Below are positions 53,466-62,264 of a stretch of 64,000 bases of DNA, one piece after another. Location of the stretch: NCBI GenBank assembly GCA_024641335.1, contig JAHEDG010000013.1, forward strand, positions 156 through 64,155, written 5' to 3'. The DNA is from Candidatus Zixiibacteriota bacterium. GTDB lineage: Bacteria; Zixibacteria; MSB-5A5; UBA10806. How positions within the stretch are numbered: position 1 is the stretch's first letter; each line of letters starts with the position of its first letter. The notes beneath the pieces are model-generated. The model saw nothing but the letters and a program-made list of their open reading frames with translations. It ran no database searches and had not been told where the DNA came from. The translations under genes were made by a program, and so were the position numbers.

Positions 53466-53954
53466 TTACCAAAGAGCCAATCGATCGATTTTGATAATTC
53501 CCTGTTTTCCGGTTTTATAATATTCCGCGCTGGAACATTCCCAATCTTCCGGGTTTTCAACTAACCCCGCCTTCACCGGATTATTATGAATATAGTTCAA
53601 CTTTACAGCAAAAGTTTTCTCCGAAATGATATAAAGATCATCGAAACGATGTTGCCAAAACTTCTGAATTTTAACATTCCGACTGTTAAAATATTCAAAC
53701 ACTATTCTCTTTTTAAGATCCCTGACAAAGAAACTTATATTTTTTTCTTCCTGAATCGATACCAATAGATGCATATGGTTTGGCATTACAACATAGCCAT
53801 GAACTTTCGCGTTATCTCTTATCCTGTAGAATTCCATATTTGTTAGAACGATTTCGTAATCCTCTTTTTTCTTAAAGCGGAGAACATGATTATAGGTGGA
53901 AGTGGTTATAAAAAAAGTACCGTGGTTTTGCAAACTTCTATACCTAAGAGGCAT
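53466..53954 (-). mobile_element. rayT: REP-associated tyrosine transposase (RAYT, IS200/IS605-superfamily Y1 HUH)
   Basis: 'FFITTST', HUH 'YVVMPNHMHLL', 'FWQHRF.D', catalytic 'YIHNNPVKAGLV', 'W..SS'; flanked by REPs; AT-rich. Confidence 0.9.
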
Positions 53955-53980
53955 TTTGTTACTCTAATTTCTCCATTAAT

Positions 53981-54103
53981 GTCGTCAGGTTCGGGGACCT
54001 GACGACACGTCGTTTACGGGTGCGCGGTCAAGTCTCTGTGTTCTCCAAGTGCGGTCAAGTCTCTGTGTTCTCCAAGTGCGGTCAAGTCCCCGCACTTGAC
54101 CGC
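53981..54103. repeat. right REP cassette: direct repeat of the left cassette with 2x27-bp units
   Basis: Identical to 53289-53465 minus two units (123 vs 177 bp). Confidence 0.92.
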
Positions 54104-54114
54104 TGACCATAGCC

Positions 54115-54143
54115 ATCATATTCCATCTTTACATTTCCCGCAA
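54115..54143 (-). promoter_or_regulatory. sigma70 promoter (copy B) reading into the right REP cassette and rayT
   Basis: TTGCGG-17-TATGAT on minus strand. Confidence 0.55.
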
Positions 54144-54165
54144 CCGGTTTTATAAGAGGGAGGCA

Positions 54166-54236
54166 GTAGGTCGAAAGGCTTGTCCTTTCGACATTGATTG
54201 CCTTAAGTTGTCGAAGCCATAAAGGTTTTGACCTAC
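54166..54236. repeat. inverted GTAG-REP doublet (REPIN-like)
   Basis: GTAG-GTCGAAAGG-CTTGT-CCTTTCGAC ... GTCGAAGCC-ATAAA-GGTTTTGAC-CTAC. Confidence 0.75.
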
Positions 54237-54250
54237 ATCTGGAGGAAACG

Positions 54251-56401
54251 ATGCTTAAAAAAATCACAATACTATTTCTGCTGGCAACCTCAATCGCCAT
54301 CGCCCAGGACGACGGCATTGACCGTATAGAGGCGGCGTTGGATTCGGTCGGGTTCACCCGGGCCGACCTCGGCTATCAGCCCAAGGGTTACTGGAACCGT
54401 TTTCCCCAGCCCGACGGTATCCCCTACGTTATGCCGTTTTTCGAAGACCTCTTCGCCGAACCGCTGGAGGTCATCCCCTACACGCAGGCGATGGGGAATA
54501 CGATCAAACAATATCTCGAACCGGCCTTTTACGATTCCACCGATATCTCCCTGCATCGCATCTCCTACATACTCGGCGTGGATCGGATGATGACCGGGTT
54601 CCGCAACTACTCGGTCAATCTCTCGCCGCGCATAGACTCCACCCGGCCTATGCTCGACGCTTTCGAGCAGGTCTATTTAGCCGAGGGACAGCAGCTCAAT
54701 TTCATGGCTTTCGGTAGTCCGTCCGACTGGCCCAATTACAAGGCCGAGCTGGAATCGTCACTGGTCAAAATCCCCAACGAGTTGCAGGTCATTATAGCGG
54801 AGCTTATTCTCAACTCCTACGACGCGTACAAATGGCGGAATATCGGGATCAGGAATATCAAAACCGAAGACGCTCTGTCGCTTTTCTCCATCAACGATAT
54901 GGCCGAGTCCATGGGCGACGGCCAGAAATATTACCCGCAAATCGATGATATCGCCAAATCGCTCGACACGCATTCCCTCTATTACGGCTGTATGAAAGCG
55001 GCGCAGGCGGCGGAGACAGCGTCGAAAAAGCTGAAGAAATATCTCGACAAGAAACCAAAGAACCTCGATAAGATCGAGTTCGAGTTCGATTCGCCTATAG
55101 GCCGGATAGTGATGGCCGGGACAGGCAAGAATAATCACCCCAAAACCGATTGCGCTATCTTAGTCGATCTCGGTGGCGACGATACCTATAGCGGCAACGT
55201 CGGCGGGACATCATCGTATGATCTGCCGATAGCGATTGCGATCGATTGCGGCGGTAACGATAAATATTTCAATAGCAACCCCGATCTGCCGTCGCAAGGG
55301 ACAGGCATCTTAGGCGCCGGGATATTGATAGATGTCTCCGGTAAGGACGAATACAAAGCGGTAAAGCTCGCCCAGGGATGCGGCTTTTTCGGGCTGGGGA
55401 TACTGCTCGACGTAGCCGGTGATGATGACTACAAGTTAGAAACATCGGGGCAGGGTTGCGGCTATTTCGGTATCGGGATGAACATCGATATCGCGGGCAA
55501 TGACGTCCGCTACCTTTTCGGCGACGGCCAGGGGTTCGGGGGTGTCGGCGGTGTCGGAGTCTGCGCCGATTACGAGGGCGACGACAAATACACAGCCGAA
55601 CCGTACGAAAGCGTGGCCCACCGCGGTGATTACCATTCGGCCAACGCTATCAATGTCAATTCCGCACAGGGGGCCGGTATGGGCCGGCGCGGTGACGGTT
55701 CCGACGGCCACTCCTGGGCCGGCGGATTAGGCGCGCTGATCGATATCAAGGGTAACGATCATTACTACTCCGGCAACTGGACACTTGGATGCGGCTACTG
55801 GTTCGGCACCGGCCTGGTTTACGAGGGGGAGGGCGACGATCTTTACGAATCGGTCTATTTCACCCAAGCCTCGGGGGCGCATTTCTGTATCGGGGCCATA
55901 GTCGATGAAGGGGGTAACGACACGCACAAGCTCTGGGAAACCGCCGGAGCGGGGATAGCGTTCGGATGGGATTTCACCAACGCTATCTTATATGACAAAG
56001 GCGGCAACGACCATTACGAGGCTAAGATCATCTCTATCGCCTGCGCCCAGATCCGCTCCAACGCTTTTCTGATCGACGACGGCGGCAACGATTATTATCA
56101 ACTGCAAACCGGGCAGGAGGGATTCGGCGCGGCCACCTGGCGCGACGATTATAGCATTCCAAACACCATCTCCCCCTATGACGCCTTAGCTAAATCGTTT
56201 TCCCTGCTGCTCGATATCGGCGGCAAAGATACCTATATGGATTGGGAAAGCGAGAAGGATAAAACATCGCCCAATACGATTTGCGGCGATAACAAGACCT
56301 GGTTTAAGCCCGCCCGCGACAACGAACATTATGGCGCGAATAATTACGGTGTCGGTATGGATGTGGAGGATGGGATGGTAACGGAGGGGGAGATGTTTTA
56401 G
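54251..56401 (+). CDS. large exported protein with repeated D-x-x-G-[ND]-D-x-Y motifs
   Basis: GGAGG RBS, signal peptide, about 12 repeats of 'hhD..G.D.Y' with '(S/A)QG.G..G.G' linkers. Confidence 0.75.
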   Translation: MLKKITILFLLATSIAIAQDDGIDRIEAALDSVGFTRADLGYQPKGYWNRFPQPDGIPYVMPFFEDLFAEPLEVIPYTQAMGNTIKQYLEPAFYDSTDISLHRISYILGVDRMMTGFRNYSVNLSPRIDSTRPMLDAFEQVYLAEGQQLNFMAFGSPSDWPNYKAELESSLVKIPNELQVIIAELILNSYDAYKWRNIGIRNIKTEDALSLFSINDMAESMGDGQKYYPQIDDIAKSLDTHSLYYGCMKAAQAAETASKKLKKYLDKKPKNLDKIEFEFDSPIGRIVMAGTGKNNHPKTDCAILVDLGGDDTYSGNVGGTSSYDLPIAIAIDCGGNDKYFNSNPDLPSQGTGILGAGILIDVSGKDEYKAVKLAQGCGFFGLGILLDVAGDDDYKLETSGQGCGYFGIGMNIDIAGNDVRYLFGDGQGFGGVGGVGVCADYEGDDKYTAEPYESVAHRGDYHSANAINVNSAQGAGMGRRGDGSDGHSWAGGLGALIDIKGNDHYYSGNWTLGCGYWFGTGLVYEGEGDDLYESVYFTQASGAHFCIGAIVDEGGNDTHKLWETAGAGIAFGWDFTNAILYDKGGNDHYEAKIISIACAQIRSNAFLIDDGGNDYYQLQTGQEGFGAATWRDDYSIPNTISPYDALAKSFSLLLDIGGKDTYMDWESEKDKTSPNTICGDNKTWFKPARDNEHYGANNYGVGMDVEDGMVTEGEMF

Positions 56402-56416
56402 GTAACGTTACTAGCC

Positions 56417-56444
56417 GTGGGGATTTGATAATTCAAACCCCTAC
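56417..56444. repeat. 28-bp GTAG-type REP palindrome
   Basis: GTGGGGATTTGATAATTCAAACCCCTAC. Confidence 0.7.
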
Positions 56445-56472
56445 CACAATTGATGAAATCTGTTCCATTATC

Positions 56473-56916
56473 CTACCAGCAGATGCAAACAGAAATTATA
56501 CAAATAAACCAAAAGCTGACTATGCAAACACAGAAGCACCAACCGGTTTGATTAAATGTGGTTTTCGTTGTTTTACGCTCCTCCATTTTATGGTGATTGA
56601 TATCGACACGGGCAGACGCCGCGGCTATTTTACCTCCTGACTCCGCAAAAGCTTGCCATTTCCCGTCGATGTTGCTAAGAAAAATATTGTATTTGCCCGG
56701 CGGCAATCCGGTTTCATCCCCCTCGGCTTCCGTATCAAGGACGCCCATAACTTGTCCATTCTCAAATTCATCGAGCGATTTCACTCGGCCCAAATCTGAG
56801 GGAACGAATTTTATATTCTTCCCATCTTTTTTAGCCTGCAGAGCTCGATCCTCCTGAAGTCTGATCCCTTTGGCTTTTTCAGCTATTTCTGTGCCGTTCG
56901 GTTTATCTTTTCGCAT
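56473..56916 (-). CDS. hypothetical protein with C-terminal Cys-rich hydrophobic peptide
   Basis: 147 aa, AGGGGG RBS-like element; ends GWCFCVCIVSFWFICIISVCICW. Confidence 0.72.
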   Translation of the reverse strand: MRKDKPNGTEIAEKAKGIRLQEDRALQAKKDGKNIKFVPSDLGRVKSLDEFENGQVMGVLDTEAEGDETGLPPGKYNIFLSNIDGKWQAFAESGGKIAAASARVDINHHKMEERKTTKTTFNQTGWCFCVCIVSFWFICIISVCICW

Positions 56917-57348
56917 GTTTACCGCCCCCTGGACGCTTAATTTTGAAATAGAGTAAAAGATGAACCCTATTTGATAAAAACGCTAATATCAGCAATTAGT
57001 TCAAATAATTACCCCCTTTGTTTGAAGCATCTATATCGCGACCCCCACTCTGATGAATTTGATAAGGAATGCACGGATCTAATGAAAAAATACTAGTTGG
57101 TACTTCTCGTTCGCAATACGAAAAAAATACCCCGTTTTTGCGTAGATAAGTATACGCACTAAGAACAATCAAGCCATTGACATGTGTTTATAGGTATGGC
57201 TTATATTCGCTCTCCTGTAATCTGCGGATATCTGCATACTGAATTAAATATGGGAATGAGAAACAACAACTGCACCACGTTAGAGTTGCCCAGGGATATG
57301 GATATGGTGATTCCGAAAGCTGAATTTATTTGGTGTAGTCTGTTGGCC

Positions 57349-57376
57349 GCAAGGGTTTGATTAATCAAACTCCTAC
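57349..57376. repeat. 28-bp GTAG-type REP palindrome
   Basis: GCAAGGGTTTGATTAATCAAACTCCTAC. Confidence 0.7.
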
Positions 57377-57383
57377 GAAATAT

Positions 57384-58990
57384 TCATTTCAACAGCACCA
57401 TCTTAACACTTTCCGATCGCGTCCCTGCCTCCAGCCGGGCGAAATATACACCCGACGGATAATCGTCGGCCTGCCAGGTGACGGTGTGATATCCGGCCGA
57501 CAGATTTCCAGAGAATATTTCGGCCACCCTCTGGCCAAGGATATTATAGATCTCGATTCGGACGTCGGATTGCTCCGGCAGGGCATAGCGGATGGTGGTA
57601 GAGGGGTTGAAAGGGTTGGGGTAGTTTTGGAGGAAAGTGAATTGGTGGGGGAGGTCTACAACGTAATCGTTGATATCGACCCTGACCGAATCTCCACCGC
57701 CGTACGCGCCCATGTCGCTGAGGATCGTACCGAGTCCCCAATCGCAATTTAGCAGGATATCTTCGATATCCGGCTGCCCGGCGTCAATGCAGGGGGAATC
57801 ATAAGGATCGCCGCATTCAACGGACTTGAGATGGTAATCGCCGTTATCAGGATCGCGGAAGAGGGGGTCGGCACTTATATTGCCGATTCCATTCCATATT
57901 GTATCTTGAATATCGCAGTAGGAAATAAGAGGTGCTCCGCTGAATATATATATTTCGTTTCCGGAATTCGCGCTATCCGCCCAAAATATGGTATTGACAA
58001 TGACAGGGTTATCGCCGACACCATAAAATCCACCCCCTCTGTTACCGGATAGATTCCATCCGATAATATTATTCTCGATCAAAGGCGAACTATCGAAGCA
58101 GAAAAATCCGCCTCCATTATTAGCCGCCGTATTTTCGATTATTATGTTATATTTAATAATCGGAGCAGCCTCTTCACAATAAATTCCTCCACCGTAATTT
58201 GACGAAACGTTTCCAATAACATCATTATAAGATATCACAGAATTTGAATTTGAGCAGGTAATCCCGGCACCTATTTCGGCATGGTTTTCTATCAATGTAT
58301 TATTGGTAAGAACAGGATATCCGTCTTCGCAATATATGCCGCCGCCCACATTCGCCGCCAGATTATTATCAAAGATATTATGCTTGACGATCGCACCGCC
58401 CGAAATACTGTAGATTCCTCCGCCATTATTGGCGGAGATGTTTCCACTGAATATATTATTTTCAATCTTCGGATACGAATTTTCACAATATATGCCTCCT
58501 CCTTTCTCCGAAGCTGAATTATTGATAATATAATTGTCGCGGATCGTAGGATTGGATTCCAGACATGAAATCGCTCCTCCATTGTCATTTTGACCATTTC
58601 TAATCGTAAAACCCGTGATGATTGTAGTGCTGTCTTGAGATCCATTAAAGAGTAAAACAGAGCCCGAATAATCTCCATCGATAATCGTCGTATACATATA
58701 TGACGAATCACCGGTTAAGATAAAAAGCGATCCCAGAATTATATTGTGTTCATAAAAATCTATATTTTCATTATAGATGCCGGGTTGAACCAGTATTGTA
58801 TCGCCAACGATACTCGAGTTTAGAGCCTGTTGAATAGTTGAATAGTCCGAAGGAACATTAATTATCCTGTTTTCATTTAAGGTTTCCTGCACACCGCCGA
58901 AAGCTCCGATATCAGCCCTGGGTGATCCCAATCCCCACAGGCAGTCGAGAATGTTGTCGTTATAATCAGGGCTGCCCGCGTCGATACATT
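57384..58990 (-). pseudogene. 5'-truncated parallel beta-helix protein with T9SS type-A-like C-terminal sorting domain
   Basis: 'VPSDYSTIQQAL', repeated 'N.A..GGGIYC', CTD 'QNYPNPFNPSTTIRY...YNILGQ...SGVYFARL...KMVLLK'; frame begins mid-domain (CIDAGSPD...WGLGSPRADIGAFGG) with no signal peptide or RBS. Confidence 0.7.
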
Positions 58991-58994
58991 TTCG

Positions 58995-59125
58995 GCCCGG
59001 CTCATGGGCGGGGGAGGCGGATCTCCACCGGCAAGGAAGTTGCTTAAACAGTTTAAATCAGCTATATCGGGACCGTTGCCTTCAACATCAACATCCCCCG
59101 GTACATATTCGCAGTTTCCGGGTAT
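58995..59125 (-). pseudogene. dockerin-like (EF-hand) gene fragment
   Basis: 'CEYVPGDVDVEGNGPDIADLNCLSNFLAGGDPPP' resembles a dockerin type I repeat; out of frame with the downstream gene. Confidence 0.5.
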
Positions 59126-59494
59126 GCAATGATCCTTCAAATCCTGTTTACAATTCAACGCCCTTCGCAGATTGTACCAGGTACAAAATGCCTGTGAGCG
59201 ATCTTCTGCCCGTTGGCGTATATATAGAAATATTTCACTGATCCGTCGCCATAATACTCCGCTATCGGTTTAGATGTATTGTCCGGTGAAAATTACCCAT
59301 AACCGCATAGGTGCACCTATTCTAATAAACTCGACAAATATAACATTAAATCTAAGGGTACTTATTCGATTAGCAAGCCTATAACGGCCAAACAGGTAAG
59401 GCTCAATTTATCAATAATATGCCCAGTGATGGGTATTCTTAATAGCAGATCAAACCGTCGCCACGGCATAACTCATTTAGTTGTAGTCACTAAA

Positions 59495-59583
59495 CGGAGA
59501 GACTGGGATTCGAACCCAGGAGCCCCTTTTGGAGGCTACACACTTTCCAGGCGTGCTCCTTCGACCAACTCGGACATCTCTCC
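59495..59583 (-). tRNA. tRNA-Ser(GGA)
   Basis: GGAGAGATGTCCGAGTTGGTCGAAGGAGCACGCCT-GGA-AAGTGTG, long variable arm, GGTTCGAATCC, acceptor TCTCTCC-G; CCA not encoded. Confidence 0.96.
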
Positions 59584-59754
59584 GATAATTTGCGAATTCA
59601 GAATAATCTCATCGATCCCGCTTGTCAAGGCGTAGTTTATGGTTTGCCGGGCTGGCAAATTATGCGCTTCGAATCAGCCGCAAAACCGCCATAAATCGAC
59701 CTTTCGTTCTGTGTCTTAAGGATATGCCCGATCTTGCGTTGCTGAATTTTAAAA

Positions 59755-59827
59755 CGCCTCAGGCTGGACTCGAACCAACGACCCGCTGATTAACAGTCAG
59801 CTGCTCTACCAACTGAGCTACTGAGGC
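59755..59827 (-). tRNA. tRNA-Asn(GTT)
   Basis: GCCTCAGTAGCTCAGTTGGTAGAGCAGCTGACT-GTT-AATCAGCGGGTCGTTGGTTCGAGTCCAGCCTGAGGCG. Confidence 0.96.
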
Positions 59828-60290
59828 GTATCTACCATTTTCAATTTCCCAACAACCCGCTGAGAGCCATTATCATATCGGCCTATCAAAATAGATTTTT
59901 ATCGGATTTTGTCAAGATATTTGTAGAAAGGGGTCCTCATTCCATCCAATCCTCCAAATCGACCCTCAAGCCGTCGACTATCCGATTGATATAATTGAAG
60001 TAAGCGATAACTTCCACAGCATAGGTTATACCCCGATAATCTGAACCGAGATTCCTCGGCCTCCCGACAGGACACACCAATCGGGCCGAGTATCGGTCAA
60101 TCCCGCTTTGTCCGTCCGAATGAGAAAACGACGAATGGCCGCATATGACTTCACGTTAGTATATTATCTGGTCAACTGATCGAAAAAGCGCTCTATTCGC
60201 TCTCTGTCCGAACGGCCGACAGGCCGTTTTATTTATAAGCCCGGCATTTTATCCTTTGAGGCGGACTTTCCCGCTGATATATTCGATCCA

Positions 60291-61817
60291 ATGCTATTCC
60301 TAACTTCGATCTTGACAGCGTGGCTGCTCACAGGCTATACCGGCGGTTTTCGCCAGGGAGACTGGGTAACCTACACCGATTTTAGATACGTCACTTCGGT
60401 AACAATGGACCAGACCATAGTCTATTTCGGCACGACAGGAGGAGTTATTCGTTACGATCGATTCGCGGAGCAATGGCTGGAACCGTTAACAGTCACCGAT
60501 GGTCTGCCGGTCGGCAGGATTAACAATATCGCCTATGATCCGGATCGCGACCGTCTGTGGGTCGCCACCTCGGCGGGCAACGCTTATTACCAGCTGACTT
60601 TCGAGGAATGGTACGCCGGAGGAGAATTTCCGGCAGAATTTGCCCGCAACGATTTCAATCCGAGAAGTTACGATATCCTGACGACCGAATTCGGCTATTT
60701 CTATCAGAACGGTTATCTTCAGGATTTGGATCAACAGCAGTATCAGTTAACCAAAGGAATTGAAGACAATTTCGATCATCTGTATGTCGGTACCTGGGGA
60801 CATGGCCCTGTCGTGATTAATACCCGGTTCAGGAGTTTGACAATGCTGCCGTATGGACCTTACAGCGGCAATATCACTACTGTAGTGAAAATCGGAGATG
60901 AGCTTTGGATGGGAGACGACGACGGCGACCTGTCGTCCGGCGCGATTTCATCTTATGACACCCGTTCCGGCAGCTGGAGCTGGTTTCAGCCTCGTTATAC
61001 CGACGGTCTGGCCTCGGCCAGGCTGAACATAGCCGCTGGAGATATAGAAACGGTTTGGCTGGGAACCGAGTATGGAATCACTCGCTATGACAAAAACGAT
61101 CGGAAATTTAAGACCTTCGCCGATAATTCATCCCTGCCCTCGGTGATAGTAACCTCTCTGGCCATCAGCGGGTCGCAGGTCTTTGCCGGCACCCGAGCCG
61201 GTATCGGGTATTTCGATAAGACAAAAAATAGTGATCAGCGAAAAAACAAATCAGATTCCAATTCGACCGCGGCGCCCGATAGCGTCGACAACGACGACTC
61301 CTCACGGGTTTTGGCCAAAAGCCGTTTCTTCGGATGGATCATCAACGACCTGGAAATCATCGGAGATCATCTCTATGTAGCCTCTGACAGGGGCGCTCTC
61401 CGACGGCCGATTGACAACAATGGGAAATTCGAATTCCTCAATACTCCTGATAACACCCTTTCCACCGCAGTTATCAATATACGAGGAGCTGGAGACAGCC
61501 TGTATTTCGCCACTGATCGAGATATCGTGATTATCAACTCTCGAACCGAGGAATCATCGACCGTCACAGACCCGTCATACTCCGACCGATGGAGGATCAG
61601 ACGAATAGAAACGGACGGCGCGAATATCTGGGCCGCTACCGATATCGGATTGTGGAAATACCGTATTCGCGATGGTTACACCCGGCTCTATACTATGGCT
61701 GACGGCATGATTTCCGATGATATACGATGTATTGTTATGGACGGCGATTATCTCTGGATTGCCACGCCGGGCGGTTTGATTCGCTTTTATTGGAACGATC
61801 CGGGACGGATTGACTGA
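60291..61817 (+). CDS. exported beta-propeller protein (Reg_prop/PorZ-like repeats)
   Basis: Signal peptide; repeats 'T..DGL....I..I..D....LW.AT..G'. Confidence 0.75.
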   Translation: MLFLTSILTAWLLTGYTGGFRQGDWVTYTDFRYVTSVTMDQTIVYFGTTGGVIRYDRFAEQWLEPLTVTDGLPVGRINNIAYDPDRDRLWVATSAGNAYYQLTFEEWYAGGEFPAEFARNDFNPRSYDILTTEFGYFYQNGYLQDLDQQQYQLTKGIEDNFDHLYVGTWGHGPVVINTRFRSLTMLPYGPYSGNITTVVKIGDELWMGDDDGDLSSGAISSYDTRSGSWSWFQPRYTDGLASARLNIAAGDIETVWLGTEYGITRYDKNDRKFKTFADNSSLPSVIVTSLAISGSQVFAGTRAGIGYFDKTKNSDQRKNKSDSNSTAAPDSVDNDDSSRVLAKSRFFGWIINDLEIIGDHLYVASDRGALRRPIDNNGKFEFLNTPDNTLSTAVINIRGAGDSLYFATDRDIVIINSRTEESSTVTDPSYSDRWRIRRIETDGANIWAATDIGLWKYRIRDGYTRLYTMADGMISDDIRCIVMDGDYLWIATPGGLIRFYWNDPGRID

Positions 61818-62264
61818 AAACGAGCGGAGTATAGCGGGATCGTCGCTCCTCGCTTTATAACAGAATAACGTCGGGCCGCTAAAATTTTCGAGTCAGGCGC
61901 CGCATTCGCTGTGGCAACCGACCCGACACCGCGGGAAAATTACAGCTTGACCATACTAACCAACTATTGAGTATCTTCCCTTGACATCCGGTGTCGGCGG
62001 CATAGCAGTTATTCGAATATGATATTGGAGGGGTTTCCTTTAAGAAAACTACTAATAGACCTGTTCTTGGAATACTTTCAGACGAACCCGCCGATAAAGA
62101 CGCGGCTGTACCGTGAGAAAATATCGGCAATATTACGGAATCCGATCCGTGCCGATTTCTCCTGTTTCCCCCCTTGCAATCCCGGCCCGAAATCCGCATA
62201 TTAGATCCGCGTGATTTTACCGGGAGCTTTTCCCGGATTACCCGGTCTTTTGTAAGGAGATATT

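Noticed and set aside
53328-53564. ORF with repeated CGQVSVFSK peptide as a RiPP precursor
   Set aside because: It is simply the translation of a 27-bp DNA repeat, lacks an RBS and overlaps rayT antisense
53466-53954. IS200/IS605 element with TnpB
   Set aside because: No tnpB present; the protein has RAYT-type NPVKAGLV and W..SS motifs and multi-REP flanks
59426-59635. 69-aa ORF
   Set aside because: Antisense reading of tRNA-Ser
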